Source: Chrysomallon squamiferum (Eukaryota; Animalia; Mollusca). Taken from it: a stretch of 64,000 bases of DNA. The notes under the pieces were generated by a model. That model saw only the letters and a list, made by a program, of their open reading frames with translations, was not told the DNA's origin and searched no databases. Position 1 is the stretch's first letter. The number at the start of each line of letters is the position of its first letter. Position numbers and translations under genes: made by a program. Where the stretch lies: the NCBI GenBank assembly GCA_012295275.1, contig CM022665.1:62001-126000 (forward strand). Direction: 5' to 3'. Of the stretch, positions 52,224 through 64,000 are shown piece after piece.

Positions 52224-52964
52224 CTGTAATATGAAATTGATATAAATATTTTATTCTACAAACTCCTTTTATTATAAACGATATTCAGACAATCTAAGGA
52301 CAGAAACAGGTGAATATTTCTGACCCTTTGGTTGTTGTTTGTAACAAATACAAAAAGGTTGTTTCTCTATTATATGAAAATAATGAAATATGTTGAAATG
52401 TAATTATTATTTCAAACACTGGTCATGTTATCAAATTCTTTAGCTAAATCCAAGGTCTACCCGCGTAAAACGAAGGAGAGAAAGAACATAATGTTAGCAT
52501 CATAAATTTAATAATTTTAAATATTTCTCTTCACACTTACTCTGTGCTCTCCTAACAATTACTGAGAAAGATATTCAAAAAGTGGGCGACATAAACGGGT
52601 CAGTATTTGTAACCTTTTCTTTGTGTCTCGTAACAAATATAAAAGAATGTGGGGTTTTTTTATTCTTCTGTTATCTGGATATGGTATAACAGGAAACTGT
52701 TATTAGTTTGTTTATACACGTACCTGTATTCCTAATGAAATTATTTCTGTAAAGAACAGCACAGACACATTACAAATAGACAACCAAACGTAATGGGTCG
52801 TATCTACGTCGAAGCGATCACGTGACTCAAAGTGCGTGTACAAAGTTCTATAAATAAACTTGTCAACCTTCTAGAAAATGAACTGCAGTTGATAATAATC
52901 TCATAAGTTACGCAACATCTACTTTTTATTATTATTTTATTTGTTTATTTATATGTTTTAATTC

Positions 52965-52998
<34 letters not shown>

Positions 52999-53540
52999 AT
53001 TTTGTTTTTTAATTAATTAATTTATTTATAATCAGTTGAATACATTGTATTTTATTCTAGTAGAAGTTAACTATATGTTATTGATATGACAACTAGGTAC
53101 ATTATTTACACGGCAAACCTTTTTCGTATAACTTCCTATGTTTTCTGCCTTAATAAGATCAACTCGGATTTGAATACACATTTACATGTTGTTATTATAA
53201 TATTAATTTTATGTGTATTACTTTAACTCACTCTTCATAAATCTAGAAACACTTTCTGATAGACAAACATAAATATTTGTAACATTTTTCACGTACATTA
53301 TTCTCAGTGGATTAATGTGCAACGTATAAAATATAATAATATTAAAATATATTACTTTCATTACAATACAAATACACAAATCTTTATTTATATTACAACT
53401 ATTATGGTTTATTTTCTTCGAATACTCTTGCGATCAAACAGCAGTCAATTTGGGGGGGGGAAGAAATAATAAAAACAACAAAAATAACGAAATAAAAAAA
53501 AATTAAAATAAAATAAGACATACATTTGTTATTATTATTA

Positions 53541-53588
<48 letters not shown>

Positions 53589-53825
53589 ATTTTATTTATT
53601 ATTTTTTATTATTATTTATATTATTTTATTATTATTATTTATTTATTTATATATTTCTTTATTTATTTACTGGTTTTGGGTTTTTTTTTTTTATCTGTTG
53701 TTGATAAAAGAAATGACGAAATGTTTTTTACATTTTTAACTTAAATCTTTTAGGCATAATAGAAGTTTCAGTTTCAGAAGAGAAAAGAAGTACACGGAAG
53801 CTAATATTTTTAAATATTTATCTTA

Positions 53826-53970
53826 ACACTTACTCTGTACACTTCTAACTGTTATACAAAAAACAATTACTCTATTATTCTAACTATTATTCAAAAAACA
53901 ATTACTCTGTTATTCTAACTATTATTCAAAAAACACTTACTCTATTATTCTAACTGTTATACAAAACAAT
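53826..53970. repeat. 35-bp minisatellite, about 4 copies
   Basis: Unit caattactctattattctaactattattcaaaaaa. Confidence 0.8.
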
Positions 53971-56628
53971 ACTGAAGAAAAGTAGTGACAAAAACGAATC
54001 AATATTTGTGACCTTTTCGTCGTCGCTCGTAAAAAATACGAAAGAAGGTCAATTTCTTTACTGTCTGAAGATAGTATAATGTGTTAAAATGTAATTCTTA
54101 TTTCAAACACCGATCCTGTTATTCATCTATTTCAACTAAATCCAGTGTGCTGTTTACGTGAGTTTTGGTATTGACTAAAAGCTTCTCTAGTTAATATGAA
54201 ACGTACACAAAGTTAAACAACGGTGAAAGGGTGTAAAGTTAAAATCGGTTTAGTATATTTGAAAAAGTATCAGAATATTTACAGACATAAATATATGATT
54301 ACTGGATGAAGGAAACTGTTATTGAAATATCTATATAAATTCCTAATCACATTATTTCTGTAAAGAACACCTCAAACACATCGAGATTTCGTTTGATTTT
54401 CTCGAAAAATTATGTTCTCTGTTAACAAACATTAGAGGAAATAGTTTAGTCCGTTGCAAAAATAGAAGTTTCGTTTGCAAAAGAAAGAAACCACACACAA
54501 ATATTTTATAAAGTTAGCGACATAGATCTAAACATATTTAATATTTGTCTTAAAATTTACTCGATGTATTTTTAACTTTCATTAAAAACAGTATTGAGGG
54601 AGGGTCGTGACACAAATGGGTTTATTTATTTATTTATAATTTGTTCAATACATTATATTTTATTTTAGTAAAGTTAACTAAATATTATTAACTTTACAAC
54701 TAAGTACATTGTTTACACGTTAAACTCTGTCATATTTGAATAAAATATGTCTAAATGTTGCTATTATAATATTAATTCTATTTTTATTACTTTAACTCCC
54801 TCTGCCTAAATCTAGAATGATTTTCTGATATTTTACTTTCATTAGAGTACAAATACTCTAATCTTTATTTATAGTACAGCTATTGCAGTTTATTTCCTTT
54901 GACTACTGTTCCTATTAGACAACGTTCAATTTGGAATCTTTGGATTTTCCTATATATGATCCAAAAGATTACGCAATAATAAGAATTTATTCTGTCTGAT
55001 ATTCTGAATACACTGAGCCGATTGCAAAACCGCAATCTGTTCATTTTGTGTCTAACAGCAACTTTTGATACCGCCCAGTAGAAAAGTATCAAATAAAAAT
55101 ACTTAGAAAATTTGTGCTCAAATCTGGATACGTTATATTGAAGCATATAGAAAAATTATCTACAAGAAAGTTTCCCATGAAAATTATGTACTTAGTTGTA
55201 ATTTAAGTAAAAAATAAGCAGTTTTACCTAGAATAAATTATAAATTAATCATATAACTAAACAAACAGAACTAAATAAAATAATTAATTTTAAAAAACAT
55301 TTTTTTTTTATTAAATAAATAAAAATTAGACTTATTTTTTGAAACTTTCTATTTATTTAAAAAAATGTTCTAAATAAAATAAAAATTAACAAATGTTTTC
55401 TACATTGTTCACTTAAATCTTGTCAAGCATGATAGAGATTTCAGTTTCACAAAAGAAAAGAAGTACATGGAAATATGTTATAATGTTAACAATATAAATC
55501 TAATAATTTTAAATATTTCTCTTAACACTTACTCTATACACTTCCAACTTTTATTGAAAACGATACTCAAGAAGTGGGCAACAAAAATGGATCAGTATTT
55601 GTGACTTTATTGTTGTCGCTCTTAACAAATACAAAAGATTGTTGTTTTCTTTATATTATCTGAGTATAATATAAATTTATTGTGTTAAAATACTGGTCTT
55701 GTTTTAAACTGTTATTATTATTATTTTGTAACTAAATCCAGTGTCTACGCATGCTTTACGTAACTCAGTGAATCGAACAAATTCGACAAGAAACATTTTA
55801 TTAGCTCTGAAAATGTACACAATGTAAACAAGGAAATAAAGTTAAAATCAGTTTCCTACTTTTAAAAAATATACATATTTCTACATATATAAATATATAT
55901 TTACACACATAAATTGCTAGATACAGAAAACTGTTATTATTTTTTTTATATAAACTTACTTAATTCAGCTGAATCCCTTTGATATATTAGAAACAGACAA
56001 CAAAACATTTACTGGTTATCTCTACATTATATTGATCATGTGACTCAAATTACGTGTACAAAAGCGATATAAATAAACTTGTTAACCTTCCAGAAATCTA
56101 ACTGCTATTGAGAATAATATCATAACTTAGGCTATAACCATTTTTTATTTATTTTTTATTTTTTTTTCATTTTATATTATTTATTTATTTGTTTCTTCTT
56201 TTATGTTTTCTTTCCTTTTCTTTTCTTTTATTTGTTTCGTTATTGCTTTATGTGTATATTTTATTTATTTTTTTATGTATTTTTTTCCTTTATGTGTTTT
56301 ATTTCCTTTATTTTTTCTGCATTTTTATTTATTTATTTATTTATTATTTTATTTATTTTGCAGAGTACAATATATTCTATTGTCAATGTCCTAAACTAGA
56401 ATACTTTTTTAATAAGTCGGATTTAATTATCTGCAAACATTATGCTGCAGTGCAAAGTTAACATTATACTGAGTAGTAAATAATTATATGCACTGTTCTC
56501 AAACGTTCCAGAAAATATTTTCGTCCGCAAACGTTTGAGTTTCAAAAAAAACACAAAAAAAACAACAACTGAAACGCGGAAATATTTTATAAATAAATCA
56601 AGTACAATGAAATAAATCTACAATATAC

Positions 56629-56910
56629 CTACAGTTGCACGTTCTGTGTTTCTTGTTGTTTCACTTAGAACGCAACTCAGTCCTTCAGATTTGTGAATAA
56701 AATAAGATTTTTGTAAATTTTAATTCTGTTGACACGAACTCATTTAAAATATCATTTTCTGGGACGTAAAATTCTTCAATATTTCTATCTGCAAATTTGT
56801 TTGTGATATTCCGATATTGGGCTATGCGATGTGTCTAATGTTTTTTTGTAAACCTATACTTTTCTAATAACATACCGTGACATCTTCTATTTTCATTAAG
56901 ATCAGTATCT
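56629..56910 (-). pseudogene. Orphan relic of the IAP linker exon and its upstream intron
   Basis: SEGLSCVLSETTRNTERATV g|gtatattgtag matches the linker exon family; acceptor missing; intron resembles 22543-22724. Confidence 0.65.
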
Positions 56911-59623
56911 CTGTCATAGAAGTTTAATATGTTAAAACGTAATTATTATTTCAAATACTGGTCATGTTATTAAACTCTGTAACTAAATCCAATGTCTAAG
57001 TATGTTTTACATGACTCACTGAATCCAACAAAATGGACGAGAAAAACGTCGTTAATAGCTGAGAAATTTTATACAACGTAAACAAGGAAGTAATGTTAAA
57101 TTAGTGTCATACATTTAAAAAATATAAATATCTCTGCAGAGATAAATGTATATTTATAGACATAAATAACTAGATAGAGAAAACTGTTAATATTTTTTTT
57201 TTGTAAACTTACTTAAATTCCTAGTAACATTATTTCTATAAAGAACAGCTCAAACTCTTCGATATATTAAAAACAGAAAATAAAACGTATACGGGTTGTC
57301 TCGACCTCGTAATGATTACATGTCTGAATTTACGTGTACAAAATCAACTTGGTAACATTCCGGAAATCTAACTGCTGTTTAGAATAATCTCATAACTTAG
57401 GCTACAACCATTTTTCATTTTATTACTTTTTTATTTATTTATATTTTTATTTTTTTTGAAAACATTCTATTTTGTTCTAGTAAAAGTTAACTAAATAGTA
57501 TTCATCAGAAAAATTTGATACTCTAGACAACAAACATTTATTTTATTTTATTTCTTTGTTTATATATTTGATTTCATTATTCATTTACGTATTTTATTTA
57601 TTAACTTATTTATTTATTTATTTATTCTACTTAACTAAATATTAATCGTACTACAACCAGCTTTATTGTTTAAATGGTGAACTTTTTTTGCCTTAATGAA
57701 AGTTCTTATTATAATATTACTTATATTTGTATTACTTTAACTTTCTCTTCATAAATGTAGAAAGGTTTTCTGACAGACAAATATAAATATTTGTGATATT
57801 TTCATGTATTTCATACTCAGTGGACTAATTTGAAACGTATAAAATCTTCGGATTAAATCTTCGGATTTTCTTATATATTATACATAATACCAACCGCGAC
57901 AGGAATAAAACTGATCTAAATGGTAGAACAATAACAAGAACAGATTATGTATGATAGTCTGAATATATAGAGCCCAGTTGCAAAGCATTAAACTGTTTGT
58001 ATTGTGTCCCATCAAAAACAATATACATAAAATGTACATGTCTATAAATTATAATAAACCATTACATATATAATTCTAATAATGTAAATTTCTCGTATAA
58101 GTATGTACTATGTTCTCGAACGTTACAGGAAATATTTTCGTCATAAATATAAGTTTCGGTTTCAGAAACGAAAGAAATAACACGGAAATATTTTATAAAG
58201 TTAGCAACATAAATCTAATAATATTAAATATTTGTTTTAGCATTTACGCTATAAACTCCCATAAAATGATATTCAAAAGTGTAGGGACAGAAACGGGTCA
58301 ACATTTATGACCTTCTGGTACCGTTTGTAACAAATTATCTGAATATAATAATATATGTTAAAACCTAATTATTATTTCAAACACAGGTCATGTTATTAAA
58401 CTCTTAACTAAATCCAAGTTCTACGTGCCTATTACCTATACAATCGAATGTTTTACGTCACTCATTGAATCGAATAAAATCGACGAGAAAAGCTTCGTTA
58501 TTAGCTGTGAACATTTACACAACATAAAAAATCAATTTCATACATTTCCAAAAAACATAAATCTATCTACCGAAATAAATATATATTTACAGGCATAAAT
58601 TACTAGATACAGAAAACTGTTGTTAAAATATTTATAAACTTTTTTAAATTCCTAGTAACATTGTTTCTGTAAACAACAGCTCAAACTCTTCGATATATTA
58701 AAACATAGACAACACAATGTATACGGGTTGTCTCGACCTCGTAACGATCACGTTTTCAAACTACGTGAACAAAAGTGATATAAATAAACTTGTTAACATT
58801 CCAGAAATCTAACTCCTATTGAGAATAATCTCATAACATACTAGATACATAAACCGTTATTAAATTTGTTGTAAACTTACCTAAATTCCGAATCAATTAT
58901 TTCCGTAAAGAACAGCTCAGACACCTCGATTCATTAGATGGGTCGTTTCTATGTGTGTGGGTCGTTTCTATGTCGTAGCGATCACGTGACAGAAATTACG
59001 TGTACAAAAGTGATATAAATGAACTTGGCGACATTGAATCTCTAATCAGAAAAATATCATAATCGAGTTAACAAACATTATTTAATTTAATTTAACTTAA
59101 CTTAACTTCACTTATTCATTTATTTATTAATTTATTTATTTATTTAGTTGTTGATTTTTTTGTTTCCATGTTTATTGATTTATTTATAATCTGTTGAAGA
59201 CATTGTATTTTATTCTAGTAAAAGTTAACTAAATATTATTCATATTACAACTAGGTATATTGTTTACAAACTTTCTCTTATAGTAACTTCCTTTGTCTTA
59301 TGTTTTATTAAGACCAACTCAGTTTATTTTCTTTGAATACTCTTACTATTAAACAGCGGTCAATTTGATATGTTTGGATCTTCCTGTACATTGTCCACAA
59401 AACCAACTCTGACATAAATAGAACTGATCTAACTGGTAGCACACTGACAATAACTGACTCTGTATAATATTATAATACACAGAGCCGACTTCCAAAACAG
59501 TCAACTGTTTATATTGTGTGTAACAACACCTTTTGTTACCGCACTATGAAAACTGGTGTAAAGTTTCAACGATACCCTCTGATAAATAAATAAAAGAAAA
59601 GACATATTTAAATTGTAAGATAC

Positions 59624-59657
59624 CAGAAGAATTTGACGATTTTCTCGAATGCATCAT
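59624..59657 (-). CDS. Candidate initiator exon MMHSRKSSNSS, ending in phase 1
   Basis: catttag|gtc ATG ATG...TCT TCT G|gtatct; weak donor; second copy at 63490-63523. Confidence 0.35.
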
Positions 59658-60779
59658 GACCTAAATGTTAGCACAACAACAACGACAGATTCTGCATAAT
59701 ATTCTGAATATAGAGAGTCCAACTGCAAAACTGTTAAGTGTTCATACTGTGTGTAACAGCAACTTTTGATACCGCCCAGTAGAAAAAATATCATAATAAA
59801 AATACTTAGAAATGTTTATTCAAATCTGGGTACGTTTTATTCACGCATATAGGAAAATAATATACAAGAACGTTTGTCATGTACATGAGGTGCTCAGTTG
59901 TAATTTAAATAAAAAATATGCATGTTTTATTAGAAGAAATATAATTCATATAAATAAACAAACAAAACTAAATCAAATAACTAATTAAATCAAATTTAAT
60001 TAAAGAATCAAATAAAACATGTATTTTATATAATATATTTATATATTTATCTGTTCGTAATAAAAAAAACCTAATAAATAAAATAAAATAAAAGTAAAAA
60101 TTACCAAATGTTTTCTACATTTTTAATTCAAATCTTGTCAGGCATATTAGAGGTTTCTGTATTACAAAAAATAAATAAATATTTTATAATATTAGTAACA
60201 AAAAGGTAATAATTTTAAATATTTGTCTTAACACTTACTCTGTACACTCCTAACTATTATTAAAAACGATGCTCAAAAAGTGAACGACACAAACGGGTCA
60301 ATATTTGTGACCTTTTCGTTGTCGCTCCTAAGAAATACAAAAGAATTTCGTTTTCTCTATTATCTGAAGATAGTTAAAATTTAATGTGTTAAAATACTGG
60401 TCTTGTTTTAAACTTTTTGTTATTATTATTAGTTTTTAACTAAATCCAAGATCAACGAATGTTTTAGGTCACTCATTGAATCGAATAAAATCGCCTAGAA
60501 AAGCTTCATTATTAGCTGTGAAAATTTACACAACGTAAAACAAGGAAGTAAAGTTAAAATCGGTTTCATGTGTTTTCAGAATATTATATATACAGACATG
60601 AATACTGGATAAAGAAAACTGTTATTTAAACGTCTCTAAACTTATCTAAATTCCTAATCACATTATTTCTATAAAGAACAACTCAAACACATTGGTATAT
60701 TAAAAAAAAGACAACAAAACTTACGTTCCGAAGTGTCTTTTAGTAATCGATAACTACTGTCTTGAGGTCTGTTTATTAA

Positions 60780-60860
60780 TATCACTTACGTGACTACGAC
60801 TTCACTGTATTAACTACAAGTCCAAACCAATGATGACACGCACTGCGCATGTCCTTGTCT
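60780..60860 (-). promoter_or_regulatory. Candidate promoter motif cluster
   Basis: ACTACAAGTCC (ZNF143/THAP11-like) at 60813, CCAAT at 60827, TGCGCATG (NRF1-like) at 60844; minus-strand donor aac|gtaagt at 60724. Confidence 0.4.
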
Positions 60861-63289
60861 AACAGGGCTGTGTTAGTTTATCAATACAGTTCTGATTCAT
60901 AATGTCTGAGATATTTTCGTCTTTTGTGAACAATACAAGTTTCGGTTTCAGAAAAGAAAGAAAAGACACGGAAATATTTTATAATGTTAGCAACATAAAT
61001 CTTATAATTTTAAATATTAATTTTAGCACTTAGTTTATAAACTCCTAACTATTAGCAAAATCGATATTCAAATAGTCTAGGGACAGACATGGTTCTTTGC
61101 GACCGTCTGGTTGTCGTTTGTAACAAATACAAAACAATGTAGTTTTCTCTACTATCTGAATATAATAAAATGTGTTAAAACGTAATTATTATTTCAAAGA
61201 CTGATCATGTTAGTAAACTCTTTAGCTAAATTCAAGGTCTACGTGTTTTTTTAAGTGAATGTTTGAATCGAATAAAATCGACGAGAAAAGCTATTAGCTG
61301 TGAAAACTTACACAGTGTAAACAAGGAAGTAAAATGAAAATCAGTTTCATACATTTAAAGAATATAAATATATCTATAGACATACATGTATATTTACAGA
61401 CATAAATTATTAGATATAGAAAACTGTTATAAAAATGCTTATGAACTTACCTAAATTCTTAATCACATTATTTCTGTAAAGAACAGCTCGAACTCATAGA
61501 TATATTAACAACAGACAACAAAACGTATCCGGGTCGTCATTAGGTCGTGACGATCACGTGACTCAACTTACGCGTACAAAGAGACATAAACATGGCGACT
61601 TTCCATTGAACCGCTGATAAGGAAAAATCTCATAATCTAGGGAGCAAATATTATCTTATTTATTTATTTATTTATATTTTGCTGAATACATCTTATTCTA
61701 GTACAAGTTAACTAAATATTAATAGTATCACAAATAGGTATACTGTTTACATCAGAAACTTTCTAGTGCCTTAATAAGACGAACCCAGATTTAAAAAAAA
61801 AAAAAAAAAAAAAAAATAGATTTTCTAAATGTTGTTATTATAATATAATTCCATTTTTATTACTTTAACTCACTCTTGATAAATTTAGAAAGATTTTCTG
61901 AGACACAAATATAGATATTCGTAATATTTTCATGTACATTATACTCAATGGATTAAAAAATAACGATGTTAAAAAATATCATATATTTTCATTAGAGTAA
62001 GATTACATTGAACTTTATTCCTATTACAGCTTTCTATTTCATTTTCTTTGAATACTCTTCATTTTAAAACGCGGTCAACATGGAATTTTTCGAATTTTCT
62101 TGAACACTGCCCATAAAAGCAACTCTGACACGAATAAAACTGATCTAAATGGTAGCACAATAACTGATTCTGCATAATATTCTCAATACACAGCGTCCAC
62201 TTGATTAGACTCTGAACTGTTTGTGTTGTGTTACCTGCACTTAGAAAAATAACACAGGTTTCTTATAAAAAGAAGGAAAAAATATGAGAAAAGTTTCATA
62301 ACTTAGGCGCAAACATTATTTATTTATTTATATTTTATTTTATTTTTATTTTTATTAAATACAGAAAAAGATGAACTTATTCTCTTATTTACATTAGTAA
62401 CATTTCTAAATTGACTTTTGACTGAAAACTTCATTTCATCTAAATTTTCTAAGTTACAGACTGGTACCGCGTACAGACTCATTTTTTTTTTTATTGTTGT
62501 CTGTTTTCCTTTTACTTATTTAACAAAGAATTAATAATAATAAGTTATTAAATTTCCACTCTCCTTAACCTTTTTTAAATTGACTAAAGTTTAAATTTAA
62601 AAGTATAACCGAGAGGATTAAGTGATAACTATTTTCTCTTACACTTTTTGTACATCAGATTGTTAGATAATAAGTCTAGTATAGCTTTTTTTTTCAAGTT
62701 TTTATTGTTATTGAGTTTCCTTTTCCTTTTCTTCTTCTTCCTTTTTTATTTTTTTATTTTTTATTTTGTTTTCATTTTAGAAGATTAGAATTCACTTTTC
62801 TAAATAGATTCTAACTTAATAAACAATGCGAATTTATGATTACACATTGTTTACCCATGGGCTGTGGACCAAGCTACAAACAACCTAAAGTGAAACTGTG
62901 CAAAAATCATACTGGAAATCATAACTCATCAACAAAGAACATGCAATTTGACCTTATTTAGCTCGGTGATATGTATTTTAATATTATCAGCTATTTTGAT
63001 GTTAATAACTTATCTGATCTACCATGATATAAATAAATAAATAAATAAATTTCCAGTAGTATTTTCATCCGTACAAGTTTCAGTTTCACAAAAGATCGAA
63101 ACAACACGGAATATTTTATAACTTTAGCAACAGAAAGCTAGTAACTTTAAATATTTGTTTTACCACTTATTTTATACACTCATAACTATTATTAAAAACG
63201 ATACTGAATAAGTGCGGAGACACAAAATTGTCGACATTTGTTACTTTTACGTTGTCGCTCGTAATAAATGTAAAAGAAGGTTGTTTTAT

Positions 63290-63489
63290 NNNNNNNNNNN
63301 NNNNNNNNNNNNNNNNNNNNNNNNNNNNNNNNNNNNNNNNNNNNNNNNNNNNNNNNNNNNNNNNNNNNNNNNNNNNNNNNNNNNNNNNNNNNNNNNNNNN
63401 NNNNNNNNNNNNNNNNNNNNNNNNNNNNNNNNNNNNNNNNNNNNNNNNNNNNNNNNNNNNNNNNNNNNNNNNNNNNNNNNNNNNNNNNN
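63290..63489. other. Assembly gap (200 N)
   Basis: Run of N. Confidence 0.99.
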
Positions 63490-64000
63490 CAGAAGAATTT
63501 GACGATTTTCTCGAATGCATCATGATCTAAATGTTAGCACAACAACAACGACAGATTCTGCATAACATTCTGAATATGGAGAGTCCAACTGCAAAACTGT
63601 TAAGTGTTCATACTGTGTCTAACAGCAACTTTTTGATACCGCCCAGAAAAATATCATAATAAAAGACTTGAAAATGTTTATTCAAATCTGGGTACATTTA
63701 TTCCACGCATATGAAAATAATATACAAGAAAGTTTGTCATTTACATGAAGTACTTAGTTGTAATTTAAATTTTAAAAAATGCATGTTTTTAGTATAAGAA
63801 ATATAATTCATATAAATAAACAAAATTAAATAAAATAACTAATTAAATAAAAATTTAATTAAAAATCAAATAAGACGTATTTTAAATATATATATATATT
63901 TATAAAAAATAATAAATAAAATAAAATAAAAGTAAAAATTACCAAATGTTTTCAACATTTTTAACTTAATTCTTGTCAGGCATATCAGAGGTTTCTGTAT

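Overview
AT-rich, microsatellite-rich animal genomic DNA (invertebrate; mollusc-like is an inference from the IAP expansion and LINE type). It holds an inhibitor-of-apoptosis (IAP/BIRC; BIR-BIR-RING) locus. Copy A (+, 1131-5249) has a premature TGA in BIR2. Copy B (-, core exons 25547-20361) is an inverted paralog with an open frame. There are several gene relics, a fragmented LINE and a Tigger-type element. Main result: the apparently non-coding region at 26-52 kb, including an 11-unit ~1.36 kb tandem array, contains 23 short (39-99 nt) AG..GT-bounded, stop-free, phase 1-1 symmetric candidate exons on the minus strand, all in phase with the large exon of copy B. The exons diverge much faster than the duplicated introns around them (one pair ~41% identical inside flanks ~93-98% identical). 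This suggests an IAP with a hypervariable, potentially combinatorially spliced micro-exon N-terminus. Exon models were read by eye from splice signals and frame; no transcript evidence is available.
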